DNA of 23,213 bases from Tubiluchus corallicola (lineage: Eukaryota; Animalia; Priapulida), in NCBI GenBank assembly GCA_030141605.1, contig JAQGDQ010000525.1, positions 130,360 through 153,572 on the forward strand. The letters are read 5' to 3'. The notes beneath the pieces were generated by a model. It worked only from the letters and a program-made list of their open reading frames with translations, had not been told where the DNA came from and made no database searches. Numbering within the stretch: position 1 is the first letter of the stretch; the number at the start of each line of letters is the position of its first letter. Below are positions 1 through 10,468 of the stretch, piece after piece. Made by a program: the position numbers and the translations under genes.

Positions 1-325
1 GAGGATCTTGAAGATTTCACCATATGAAGAGCACCCGTATTGCTGTTTGCCACGAGGCAATTCTTAACACATTTAACAATAAGAACTCCATGCAGTGTCG
101 AGCAGATGTTTAACATTTAGAACGGTATATTATTTGCAGTTATACTTTTGCGATTAAAGGAACAATTCTTAAATTAGCATAATTCGAAACATTTATATTT
201 GTACTTATGCGGTATGGCAGTATTATATGTAATTATTTTGTTGTTGTTATTTCAGCCTGATCATTGCTGCAATATCATAAATAAACCACTTTGATTGATT
301 CAGCAAAAACTTCCATAGTTATTTA
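1..325 (+). repeat. 5' LTR of element 1 (truncated by window start)
   Basis: Matches 5262-5586 except 3 substitutions (positions 20, 53, 78). Identity ends after ...CCATAGTTATTTA (325). Confidence 0.95.
221..285 (+). promoter_or_regulatory. LTR promoter and poly(A) signals: TATA-like TATATGTAA (about 224), Inr-like TCAG (A254 putative +1), AATAAA (280-285)
   Basis: TATA-to-Inr spacing is about 30 nt and a canonical AATAAA lies downstream. The same motifs occur in the 3' LTR. TSS is inferred, not observed. Confidence 0.55.
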
Positions 326-338
326 TGATCAGGCGGAA
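326..338 (+). other. Primer-binding position with no tRNA PBS; complementary to the element's own LTR R region (putative self-priming site)
   Basis: TGATCAGGCGGAA does not begin TGG. It is the reverse complement of 251-263 TTCAGCCTGATCA at 12/13 positions. Confidence 0.7.
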
Positions 339-340
339 GA

Positions 341-2157
341 ATGCCAATTGTTCAATGCCCAATTACTGGCTGCAATTATGCAACAGAGGACTTGTCGGAG
401 GCTATCGTTCTCGAACTCCTGCAAATACATCGTGGTAGTCACACCACGAACACAGAGGCGGCACCACCCGCACATTCTGCTCCAACTGCGAAAATTGAAA
501 AAGTGAAAAGGCCTACTGTATCTGCCGCCGGTACCAGCGAAGAATGGGCATATTTTACCACACGTTGGCAAGAATACGTAGATGCCACTGGTATCACTGG
601 TAAAGACAGAGTAATTCAATTATTAGAATGTTGTGATGAAACGTTACGTAAAGATCTCACTCGTTCTGCTGGTGGCAGTCTCAGTGGCAAAGCAGAAGAT
701 GTAGTTCTTAATGCTATCAAAAAGCTCGCTGTTCGCGTTGAGAACACCATGGTGGCTCGTGTAGCATTGCATGATATGCGACAAGACCGTGAAGAACCTA
801 TCCGTGCATTCTGCGCCCGTCTACGAGGACAAGCCGGCATCTGCAATTATGAAGTGAAATGTCCCGAGTGCGACACCAGTGTCAGCTATACCAACGAAAT
901 AATTCGTGACTGTATCACACGCGGCATCGCAGATCCAGAAATCCAACTGGACATTCTCGGCGACAAAAATCAAGTCATGGAAATCGAAGAATTATTAATG
1001 CTAATTGAAAGCAGAGAATCTGGAAAAAGATCTGCTTCAAAACTCTTCGATACCCACAATGCTGAAGCAGTGCGTAGCTCATACAGACGAACAACAAGCA
1101 ATCTAGCCAAAGATAAAACATCTGAACCATGCAGCCACTGTGGAAGGCACGGTCATGGAAGTGGTTCTGATTTTCAATTACGACAGGACAAATGTCCAGC
1201 TTTCGGCAAAACCTGTACATATTGCAGTCGCAGAAACCATTTCGCTCCGGTATGTAGATCTAGAAATAAGCCAAAACATGCTGTTCCAGACCGTGACAGA
1301 GGTCGTGAACAATCCACCTCACTGGGTGAACAGGGAGCTGTGTTCGATACATTGTGTTCATTTACACCACACGTACATGAAAAAAATAGCCGTCGTACAG
1401 TTCCCCTTAGTCATCACCTATATGACCAGATGTGTAATAGTTGGCTACGCCAACCATCGAAGCCTCAACCATTTGTTACACTGCGCATGTCAATAAACCC
1501 AAGTGACTACACAGCCCTTGGTTTTCGCTGTGGCAGACAACCAAATTCTTGTATAATTTCAGCAATAGCAGACACCGGATGCCAGAGTTGCTTGTGCAGC
1601 CTTAAAATCCTCACTCGCATAGGCATATCAGAGCAACATCTCATACCTGTCACCATGCGCATGCAAGCTGCAAATGATCGTGGAATTAACATCCTTGGCG
1701 CTGCTATCCTAAGATTCACTGGTACATCTACGGCTGGCAAACAACTGGAAACCAGGCAGATCGTATATGTCACCGATACTTCAAACAAATTATACATTAG
1801 CCGTGAAGCTTGTATTGCACTCGGAATGATCACAGAAAGCTTTCCAAAGATTGGTGAGGTGTGCAACACGCTAGAGATATCATCATCAAACAGCACTTCA
1901 TCTGAGACACATGACATATCCAAACCCCAACAAAACAGTAGTGGTTTGACATCTGAGTGCCACTGTCCACGACGACAGCTGCCACCTACACCACCCTCCC
2001 AACTGCCATTTTCACCAACGCAAGAAAATTTGCCAAAACTGAGACAGTACCTCCTTGACACTTACAAGGCAAGCACATTCAACATATGTGAGCACCAACC
2101 TCTCCCACTTATGGAAGGGCCCCCTTTGAAACTCATGGTGAATTCTGATGCCACCCC
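341..2157 (+). CDS. gag: Gag-protease part of the Gag-Pol polyprotein (ORF1 nominally runs to 2239, but homology switches frame near 2154-2157)
   Basis: N-terminal C-x4-C...H-x3-H motif, capsid-like region ([13 protein letters not shown]; [17 protein letters not shown]), zinc knuckles CSHCGRHGH...C and [14 protein letters not shown], aspartic protease [10 protein letters not shown]. Confidence 0.92.
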
Positions 2158-5100
2158 GTGGCACATCACAACCCCATCCCAGTCGCCTTGCATTGGCAGA
2201 AACAAGTCAAAGCAGATATCGATCGCGACGTCCACCTAGGAGTCTTGGAACCTGTCCCCATTGGCGAACCTGTCACTTGGTGCCATCGAATGATTGTATG
2301 CCCCAAGAAAAACGGCCAACCCCGCAGAACTGTTGACTTTCAAGCCCTAAATGTTCATGCCACAAGAGAAACCCACCACACCCAGTCACCATTTCTGCAG
2401 GCAAGATCTGTACCCCCAAACATGAAGAAAACGGTACTTGATGCCTGGAATGGCTACCACAGTGTCCCAATCCGTACAGAGGACCGCCATCTTACTACGT
2501 TTATCACTCCGTGGGGCCGATATCGCTACAAAACAGCCCCACAGGGCTACATTGCTTCGGGTGATGGTTACTCAAGACGCTATGACGAGATTGTGTCACA
2601 CGTACCCCGTCACACAAAATGTATTGATGACACACTCCTCTGGTCACCTACAATCAAAGAAAGCTTTTTCCAGGCAATAGAATGGCTTGACATATGTGGC
2701 CGTCATGGCATCACTCTTAATCCTGACAAGTTCATCTTTGCTGAAGACACAGTTGAATTTGCAGGATTTGAAATTACACCCAATAGTGTCCGCCCTTGTC
2801 GGCGATATCTCCAAGCTATACTAAAATTTCCCACTCCAAAAAACATCACTGATGTTCGATCTTGGTTCGGCGTAATAAACCAAGTTAGTTATGCTTTCAG
2901 TATGGCTGACCGAATGCTTCCATTCCGTGCACTCCTGAAACCCGGGACCCCATTCACATGGAATGCACAACTAGATGAGATATTTAATGAGTCCAAGGCA
3001 CTCATTGTTCAGGAAATAGAAGACGGTGTTCGAATTTTCGATAAAACACGGCCGACATGCTTGGCCACTGATTGGTCAAAGTCAGGCATTGGCTTCTGGC
3101 TGCTCCAAAAACACTGCAAATGCCCCAAATCAACTCCTTTTTGTTGCCGTACTGGGTGGAAAATCACTCTTGTGGGAAGCCGATTCACCACACCAGCAGA
3201 ATCACGATATGCCCCAATTGAAGGTGAAGCCCTAGCAGTGGCAGATGCCCTTCAAAAAGCTAGGTACTTTGTCCTGGGTTGTACAAACCTGACTATTGCA
3301 GTGGACCACAAACCATTGCTCAAGATCTTCAGCAACAGATCCCTTGATGACATGCCCAACCCTCGCCTTAGGAATCTGAAGGAAAAGACGCTCCGTTTCA
3401 AATTCCAGGTCATACATGTCCCTGGAGCAAAACATCGAGCTGCAGATGGCATCTCTCGACACCCGTCTTGCCCTGGCCATGCTGGTGATATGCCTTTGCC
3501 TGACGACATTGCCACAATTCGACAGGACACTAATATTACCTTGCCAAACCTACCTACTTTCTTTTTGGAAGGTATTCGTTGTCAGGAAACGCCTTCAGAT
3601 TCCTTTGAGACATCCTTAATATGTTCAGCTGCCACAAAGCTTGCAAACTTCAAATCAGTGACATGGGATATGGTCCGAGTTGCTACAACAAGTGACACCA
3701 CCATGAACTTATTAAGAGACATCATAGAAACTAACGTGCCAGAAGCACGTCAGGAGTTCCCAGCTCCAATACGTGAGTATTACCAGTTCAGGGAACACCT
3801 CCACACCATCGATGGTGTTATTCTCTATAAAGAACGCATCGTTATTCCCCCATGCCTACGTGACACTGTGCTTTCATCACTCCATGCAGCACACCAAGGG
3901 GTCTCATCCATGATTTCTCGTGCAGAATCATCAGTATTCTGGCCAGGCATAACGACAGCCATATCGGCACTTCGAAGTCGTTGCCAAGAATGCAACCGTA
4001 TTGCACCCTCACAACCGGCAGCACCGCCCGTTCCCCCAGTTTTGCCGGTATACCCATTTCAGTGCATCTGCGCTGACTTCTTTCATTACAAGGGCGTCTA
4101 CTACCTCGTTGTTGTTGACCGTTATTCCAACTGGCCCATTGTCGAACGTTCTCCAATTGGGGCCACTGGTCTCATTGCCTGCCTCCGCCGAGTTTTTGTC
4201 ACTTACGGCATTGCTGAGGAACTGGCCTCAGATGGTGGCCCAGAATTTATTTCATTCCAAACACGCCAGTTTTTTTCAGACTGGGGTGTCCATCATCGTT
4301 TCTCTTCGGTTGCCTTTCCTCACAGCAATTGTAGAGCCGAATTAGGCGTTAAGACCGTTAAGCGCATGATTATGAATAATACTGGCCCCCAGGGAGACCT
4401 TAATACAGACTTGTTTCAACGAGCAATCCTGCAGTACAGAAACTGCCCAGACAGAGATACCAAACTCTCACCTGCCCAGTGTCTGTTTGGCCGCCCTATA
4501 CGAGACTTCATCCCTATAATACCCGGTCGCTACCAACCTCATAACACTTGGCAGGAATCACTACTAGCCCGAGAAGAAGCCTTGCGTAACAGACACATGA
4601 AAGCATCGGAACGGTGGACTGAACACACAAAACGCTTACCCCCACTAGTTGTTGGTGACAAGGTACATTTACAAAATCAGACTGGGAAACATCCTACCAA
4701 ATGGGACAAGTCTGGTATAGTCATTGAAGTCCGTCAATATGACCAATATGTCATCAAGGTGGATGGCTCGGGCAGAGTAACACTTCGGAATAGACGTTTT
4801 CTTCGGAAATATGAACCAATTCATCCACCACGCCCCAGTATCTCTATTGATACTGACCTTGCTTACAATGACAGATGCTTACCAGTTGAGAAACCTGCAA
4901 CATCAACCACTTTGCCACCTAAAACAAACCAACGCCCTAATAATTCAACCTTAGTGTCACCCAAACACATGGATTTCAAACAAACAGACAAACCTGTTGG
5001 ACCAGAGGACCCTCTCCCTAACCTCAGCACACCCTCACATATTCCACTAACTACCATACCAGACAATTCCAAACCAGTTGATAAGTCCATTGACCCTCCT

Positions 5101-5262
5101 TCGACTGCATCAGCTCCACCCAACCCAGTTATACCACTACGTCGTTCAACTCGGCAGAGGACAACTCCTCAGTGGCACAAAGACTTTGATATGTCTGGTA
5201 ATTTGGTCAGTTATCAGTCTTCGACGTATGCTACCTCCGTCCAAGACTTAGGGGGGGGATAG
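2158..5262 (+). CDS. pol: Pol: reverse transcriptase, RNase H and integrase
   Basis: RT motifs [19 protein letters not shown] and CIDD. RNase H TDWS...EGEALA...VDHKPL...ADGISR. Integrase HAAH...CQEC plus D (CADFF), D (ASDGG), E (RAELG). Stop TAG 5260-5262 overlaps the 3' LTR start. Confidence 0.95.
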   Translation: MAHHNPIPVALHWQKQVKADIDRDVHLGVLEPVPIGEPVTWCHRMIVCPKKNGQPRRTVDFQALNVHATRETHHTQSPFLQARSVPPNMKKTVLDAWNGYHSVPIRTEDRHLTTFITPWGRYRYKTAPQGYIASGDGYSRRYDEIVSHVPRHTKCIDDTLLWSPTIKESFFQAIEWLDICGRHGITLNPDKFIFAEDTVEFAGFEITPNSVRPCRRYLQAILKFPTPKNITDVRSWFGVINQVSYAFSMADRMLPFRALLKPGTPFTWNAQLDEIFNESKALIVQEIEDGVRIFDKTRPTCLATDWSKSGIGFWLLQKHCKCPKSTPFCCRTGWKITLVGSRFTTPAESRYAPIEGEALAVADALQKARYFVLGCTNLTIAVDHKPLLKIFSNRSLDDMPNPRLRNLKEKTLRFKFQVIHVPGAKHRAADGISRHPSCPGHAGDMPLPDDIATIRQDTNITLPNLPTFFLEGIRCQETPSDSFETSLICSAATKLANFKSVTWDMVRVATTSDTTMNLLRDIIETNVPEARQEFPAPIREYYQFREHLHTIDGVILYKERIVIPPCLRDTVLSSLHAAHQGVSSMISRAESSVFWPGITTAISALRSRCQECNRIAPSQPAAPPVPPVLPVYPFQCICADFFHYKGVYYLVVVDRYSNWPIVERSPIGATGLIACLRRVFVTYGIAEELASDGGPEFISFQTRQFFSDWGVHHRFSSVAFPHSNCRAELGVKTVKRMIMNNTGPQGDLNTDLFQRAILQYRNCPDRDTKLSPAQCLFGRPIRDFIPIIPGRYQPHNTWQESLLAREEALRNRHMKASERWTEHTKRLPPLVVGDKVHLQNQTGKHPTKWDKSGIVIEVRQYDQYVIKVDGSGRVTLRNRRFLRKYEPIHPPRPSISIDTDLAYNDRCLPVEKPATSTTLPPKTNQRPNNSTLVSPKHMDFKQTDKPVGPEDPLPNLSTPSHIPLTTIPDNSKPVDKSIDPPSTASAPPNPVIPLRRSTRQRTTPQWHKDFDMSGNLVSYQSSTYATSVQDLGGG
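5250..5259 (+). other. Polypurine tract of element 1
   Basis: AGGGGGGGGA immediately 5' of the 3' LTR. Confidence 0.9.
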
Positions 5263-5586
5263 AGGATCTTGAAGATTTCAGCATATGAAGAGCACCCGTA
5301 TTGCTGTTTGCCAGGAGGCAATTCTTAACACATTTAACGATAAGAACTCCATGCAGTGTCGAGCAGATGTTTAACATTTAGAACGGTATATTATTTGCAG
5401 TTATACTTTTGCGATTAAAGGAACAATTCTTAAATTAGCATAATTCGAAACATTTATATTTGTACTTATGCGGTATGGCAGTATTATATGTAATTATTTT
5501 GTTGTTGTTATTTCAGCCTGATCATTGCTGCAATATCATAAATAAACCACTTTGATTGATTCAGCAAAAACTTCCATAGTTATTTA
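5260..5586 (+). repeat. 3' LTR of element 1 (327 bp, TA...TA termini)
   Basis: Starts right after the PPT with TAGAGG. Identity to the 5' LTR ends at TTATTTA 5586. The exact start is inferred from the PPT. Confidence 0.93.
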
Positions 5587-5688
5587 GAGGGTATGCATTC
5601 AATGTCACAGTCTGCGACAATGTTTGAAACCAGGTTGTGCTCCTATCAACGTTTAATTATGCAGTCCACTTTTAAATAGAGTTCTAAG

Positions 5689-6084
5689 TAGGGATGAGCA
5701 TTCTCAAGCAGAAAACTAACTCGAATCGAATCGAATTTGTGACTTTCGAATTCGAAACGAACCGAATTTCAGTATTTCGAATCCGAATCGAATACGAATT
5801 GAGTTTGAAAGATGTTCGAACAAGTTTTCGAACCACTAGTAAAAAGTGGTCTTACAAAGATTACTTGATTTTGTTCTGCAGTAAAACCGCTATTAGTTTA
5901 CTAAAAATTTTGCACAGAAATCACAGCTAAATTGAACTAATTGCGTGACGTTTCAAATGTTTTAATGATAAAGAACATAAGTGGCTGAAGTGCTGAATTA
6001 CTCGAATCTATAATTTTAGCTTCGAATCGAATTCGATCTAAAAAACTCGTTCGAACAAATTCGAACGTTCGATGCTCACCCCTA
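5689..6084. mobile_element. Non-autonomous hAT-like DNA transposon (MITE), about 396 bp
   Basis: TIR TAGGGATGAGCAT / ATGCTCACCCCTA (12/13). Dense subterminal TCGAA repeats at both ends. Flanks GTTCTAAG / GTTCAACT give only a degenerate 8-bp TSD. Confidence 0.75.
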
Positions 6085-6540
6085 GTTCAACTTCAAACTT
6101 ATACGAAAACCCATTTTACAGTTTCATATAGAAAAATTTAGACATGCGTTGGCAAAATAAAAGATTTCTGTTTTGTAGTTACCTGCAGACAGTTTGGCGC
6201 TTTGCGGCAGCTGCGTGTGTTTCGTGGACAAGTGTCCAATTCAGAAGTTCTCAGACTCGTAGCAGAAATATTAGTAGATGAATATAGCAAATATTTAATG
6301 ATTTCCCGGTAGTATAGTCTGCAAGTGCTTTGTTGGCTACACGCAACCCCTTCGGCAGTTTCAGAACTGTGTATAAACGACAAACCAATCCATTTACTTG
6401 ATAATATTATGTAGGTTTTTAGTATGACTCTGCCTGATTTCAGTCTAGTCATTGCTAAAAAATTGCTTGCTTTCTTTATATTGAAGGCACACATAAGACC
6501 GTTAACACTTTCATAGTCTGTTAACACACCGCCAACAAAT

Positions 6541-6897
6541 GTAGGTAAATTGGCAAGGTAAAAATTGCACAGGAAAAAATTGCACATTAAAAATGGCACA
6601 AATGGAAAAGTTGGTAAAAATCGCGCATGTAACAATGGCGCAGCAACAATGGCACAGGAACAATGGCAGAAATGGAAAAGTTGGTAAAAAGCGCGCCGGT
6701 GACAATGGCACAGGAACAACGGCATACGAAAAATGGCAAGGTAAAATGGCAAGGTAAAAATGGCGCAGGAAAAAAATGCACAGAATAATAGCACAGGAAA
6801 AATGACACAGTAAAATATACCACACGAAAAAATGGCACAAATAGGAAAGTAGGTAAAATGGCACACGGAAAAAAATGGCACAGAAAAAATTGCACAC
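6541..6897 (-). repeat. Degenerate 13-15 bp tandem array (AAAAATGGCACAGG-type); left arm of a foldback-like element
   Basis: Repeated aaaaatggcac/aaggt units; reverse complement of the array at 8041-8536. Confidence 0.8.
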
Positions 6898-6954
6898 TTA
6901 GTAAAATATGAGTTTAGGGTTAGGGTTGGGGGGGGGATAATTATTCTAGTTATT

Positions 6955-7982
6955 TTTACCTCTGCCAATGAAGTCATGCTTCAACACAGTTTGTTTGTTT
7001 AGTTAGTGAGTGGCGCACCCTGGTGGGTGAGTCAGCGACATTTTACCAATTGGTAAAAACATTTTAAATAATTAAAAATTTTCTTTTCTAGTTACATAAG
7101 TCTTTCCAGGAGGTAATCAAAATGCTAAGTAATATAGATTTGCATGGAAAGTTTTTTGGGACATAATTTAACATTTCCTTTTCTTCCCCTGATTTACGTT
7201 TGCGTAGTGACGTCATGTAATTACGACAACAGTATTGCGGGAGATTTAAAATGAAAACAAACAAAAATTCCTTGCAACGCGAGTACGATATACGGATAGA
7301 ATTGCTGCAAAATAATATAATTTTTTAAGGTGATTTTTCTGAAACCAGTTCAGGAACCCCTTTTCTTGTCCTTTAATCTTTACTGGATTTGGATGCCTTT
7401 GTGTGCAATAGCAGTAAGAGTGTTACGCAAAAATTACCCAACAGATTTCCACGAAACTTTGTGGAGAAAGCGAGTATTGGCTGCCAAAATTGACGTTTTT
7501 TCGACAATAAAGCACTTCGTGGAGGTCTACGAAGGGGTGTTTAGTATTATCTGGACTATGACAAACAACTACGAGTTAGTTCCGGGTTCCATTTCGAGAA
7601 ATTCTTGCTTGAAAATCTGTGTCCCGCCGTCTACACCCTTTGCTTATTAATGTGTGTAGCCTAGTAAGCTGACTTTTATGTAAATACGTATATATGTCAA
7701 CCTGCTACAATTGCCAAAATTAATGGTTAAAAAGGGTAGAGAAACGAGATGTGTTTACAAGTATAAACACCAATTATAAACATTATTGATCACAATTCTA
7801 TTTAATGAACAAAATATTATTTAGTCTTTAGCTGTTGTATATAATGCTAGTACAGGTACATTTTGTGTGTTTGCTTGTTTATCTTTCTTTTACATTTTTT
7901 TAATCAAAAGAATAAGACGAATAAGTTTAGGATTGTTCGGCTTTAGCAGAAATCTGCTTTCTACTGAGCGCATTCTAGTTTT
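6955..7982 (+). mobile_element. Degenerate HINE/Helentron-like non-autonomous element, interrupted by another repeat
   Basis: 5' TTACCTCTGCCAA followed by a (GTTT)n tract. Degenerate inverted copy TTAGCAGAAAT at 7943-7953, then a hairpin-like GCTTTCTACTGAGCGC and TCTAGTTTT end. Layout recalls DINE-1/HINE elements. Confidence 0.5.
7008..7503 (+). repeat. Interspersed repeat, copy A (probable DNA transposon fragment; may extend to about 7642)
   Basis: Aligns in direct orientation with 15633-16130, roughly 80-85% by eye (shared CTGATTTACGTTTGCG, TTTAATCTTTACTGGATTTGG, CCACGAAACTTTGTGGAGAA). Confidence 0.85.
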
Positions 7983-8040
7983 ATTAAGGAAATCAATTGC
8001 ATCAAAATAACATATTAGCCATTTTTCTAATTTTCTTTTT

Positions 8041-8536
8041 GTGCCATTTTTCCTGTACCATTTTTACCTGTGCCATTTTACCATGCCATTTTCCTTGTGC
8101 CATTTTTACCTGTGCCAATTTACCTTGCCATTTTTCCTGTTCCATTTTTACCTGTGCCATTTTACCATGCCATTTTCCTTATGCCATTTTTACCTGTGCA
8201 ATTTTACCATGCCATTTTTCCTGTACCATTTTTACCTGTGCCAATTTACCTTGCCATTTTTCCTGTAGCATTTGCACCTGTGCGATTTTACCTTGTCATT
8301 TTTCCTGTACCATTTTTACCTGTGCCAATTTACCTTGCCATTTTTCCTGTAGCATTTTTACCTGTGCCATTTTACCATGCCATTTTTCCTGTAGCATTTT
8401 ACCTGTGCCAATTTACCATGCCATTTTTCCTGTAGCATTTTTACATGTGCCATTTTACCATGCCATTTTTCCTGTAGCATTTTTATCTGTGCCATTTTAC
8501 CATGCAATTTTCCTTGTGCCATTTTTACCGCGCACC
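8041..8536 (+). repeat. Tandem array of alternating 13-15 bp units (TGTGCCATTTTTACC / ATGCCATTTTTCC); right arm of the foldback-like element
   Basis: More than 30 units in a higher-order period of about 43 bp; inverse of 6541-6897. Confidence 0.88.
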
Positions 8537-9258
8537 ATAACCAACAATTAACTTTTCTCAGGATGCTGACTTACCAGCAACCTTACTCTTCCGTTTGTCA
8601 AACCTTAATTGGGAATTTTCAGGAGTGTTTGCAAAACTGGTTGAAAAGTTTAGGATGACATGCGTCCCGAACAAAAAAAAACAGCACAAGGTTGTCACTG
8701 TTACCATCGTCTGCGAAGTGTGTATTTTGCATAACGTGACTCACTGCACGACAGAATTTAGGAACTAGAGTATAGAAAATGACTTTCAGTTGTCCGATAA
8801 AATCGCATGTGTGTCAAAACTCGACTGAGAAGATTACCAGAAGAACACTTTGCAGCATTCTGTTGCTGATCTTTTCGCAGCAATTTGCTTCGACAAGAGT
8901 TGTGAGTGTGTCACTGAACGAAAAAGAGGTTTTGATGGGTTGATGCATGTAGAAATAACACTAAAATTTCGACACAGACGTATTGCATTGCACTGCACGT
9001 ATGTAATCACTTATTTATGTCATTTCGCGGAATTGTTTGTGAATGCTAACGACATTTTAGTAAGGTTTGAAATGTTTTATCAATGTCAAACAGCTTGACA
9101 AAGGAAAACACGTTCGCTTGAAGCCAAACAAAGTAAATTTGCGTAAAAGGGTTGATCCGGAAAAAATGGTAAAAATATGTAAACTGATATTTGCTTCGTT
9201 TGTAGTTGCGTGCGCGTTGTACATGTAATCTCATCGGTCGTAATGACAACAAAAACAT

Positions 9259-9393
9259 TACTACTACTGCTGTTACTGCTGCTGCTGCTGTTGTGGTGTT
9301 GCTGCTGCTGCTGCTGCTGCTGTTGCTGCTGTTGTGTGTGTGTGTGTGTGCGTGTGCGTGCGTGCGCGTGCGTGTGCGTGTGTGTGTGTGTGT
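9259..9393. repeat. Compound microsatellite (ACT)n-(GCT)n-(GT)n/(GCGT)n
   Basis: Directly visible. Confidence 0.95.
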
Positions 9394-10468
9394 CCAATAA
9401 GATTTCCTTAACGTACTGATAGCTTTGTACTTGAACTAAAACAGTAGCAGAAATTTCTTACCAACGTCATGGGAGCTTAGATAGTCTGCAAGGAGAAACA
9501 TGAACTGCTCTTGTCCAAAAAATAATTTGATAGCCGAATCCTAGCTGACTTTCATTTTAGATTATTAAACCAGTTTTATCTCAAATTTTACGAAAGTTGT
9601 AGAGACAGTTTTGCAATTAAAAATAGTACTAAAATAGTAATAATAAGTATTGCTGAAAGGATTCATTACATGTCCTGTAACTAGCACAACATTGCCTGAT
9701 TAGTTCTAACTGCGCGCTAAAACGCAGAATTATTAATCTCCCTATGAGCTTGGGTTTTCATAGCATCAATTGTCTGCGCTTGTACAAGTTAAATGCTTTA
9801 AGTACTGTCAATCGAGCTAAGCCGACATGAGCGTATCGATCCAGAACATCTCAAAGACGATTAACTGGATTGATCCCGACTCTAGTTAGTTCAGCTCTGG
9901 AATTAACAAGCTCTCGCTCGTCTGGGTTTGTGTACACAGGCGAAATTGTTCAACAACCATTTCCAAATAGAGAAACAAATGTTTGTACACTTATTAAAAC
10001 GTGCTGCCGTGTCTTTGCATCGGTGAATTTATTGTGTGTTTCGCCTTTGTTAAATTTTTAGCAGAAATTTTTAGTTTTTAATAAATAAGAAAGGAAAGTT
10101 TAAAGATAGAAACTTATTTAGATATTTACTGTTTTGCCGGTAGAGGACGTTAAAAGATATGTCTTACGTACGCGATGCTCTTATGTAGTACTAGTCTACT
10201 GCTCCGAGTAGCTGCTTCAGTCAGCAATTAATTTGCTCGTACGTAAAGCCTAACATATTTCACACTAGAAGGAGAGAGAAAGGGCGTGTTTTTAATTAAT
10301 TATCATCCTCTTTTAAAAGCAGTGATGTAGTTAATCAACTTAGCAGACGACGTGTTAACTATTTAACATAACAGTTACTGAAAAGCGTTGAATCATTTTC
10401 GAAAAGAACTCATTTTGCTCCATAAAGTTAATAGTGTTTATTGTTTATAAACGTCGCTTTAGACGCTG

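Larger units (their letters stand above)
1..5586 (+). mobile_element. Ty3/Gypsy LTR retrotransposon (Mag-like lineage), near-intact, recent insertion; first 2 bp of the 5' LTR lie outside the window
   Basis: Direct repeats 1-325 and 5262-5586 flank gag-PR-RT-RH-IN coding sequence. A PPT precedes the 3' LTR. Domain order is Gypsy-type. Mag-like assignment is from remembered motif similarity ([10 protein letters not shown] in Gag, two zinc knuckles, C-terminal LRRSTR). Confidence 0.96.

Noticed and set aside
257-285. Hammerhead ribozyme as the self-primer cleaving agent (CTGATCA followed by a small stem)
   Set aside because: The core would need CUGANGA and GAAA; the sequence has CUGAUCA and no GAAA after the stem.
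1507-2061. Antisense ORFs inside the retroelements (184 aa here; 199 aa at 19301-19900)
   Set aside because: Typical shadow ORFs opposite long coding frames, with no motifs. No env-like ORF was seen in either element.
6914-6936. TTAGGG telomeric repeat
   Set aside because: Only two units plus a G run inside a repeat element; not evidence of a telomere or chromosome fusion.
6138-8551. Cys/Phe-rich ORFs (279, 184, 128, 121 aa and others)
   Set aside because: These are translations of the TGCCATTTT tandem arrays, open in several frames, with no protein-like complexity.
8576-9119. Degenerate inverted repeat (TTCCGTTTGTCAA / TTGACAAAGGAA) suggesting an old MITE
   Set aside because: The match is short and gapped with no TSD, so boundaries cannot be supported.
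9086-9419. PolyQ/polyC/polyL ORFs
   Set aside because: Microsatellite translations with no splice or homology support.
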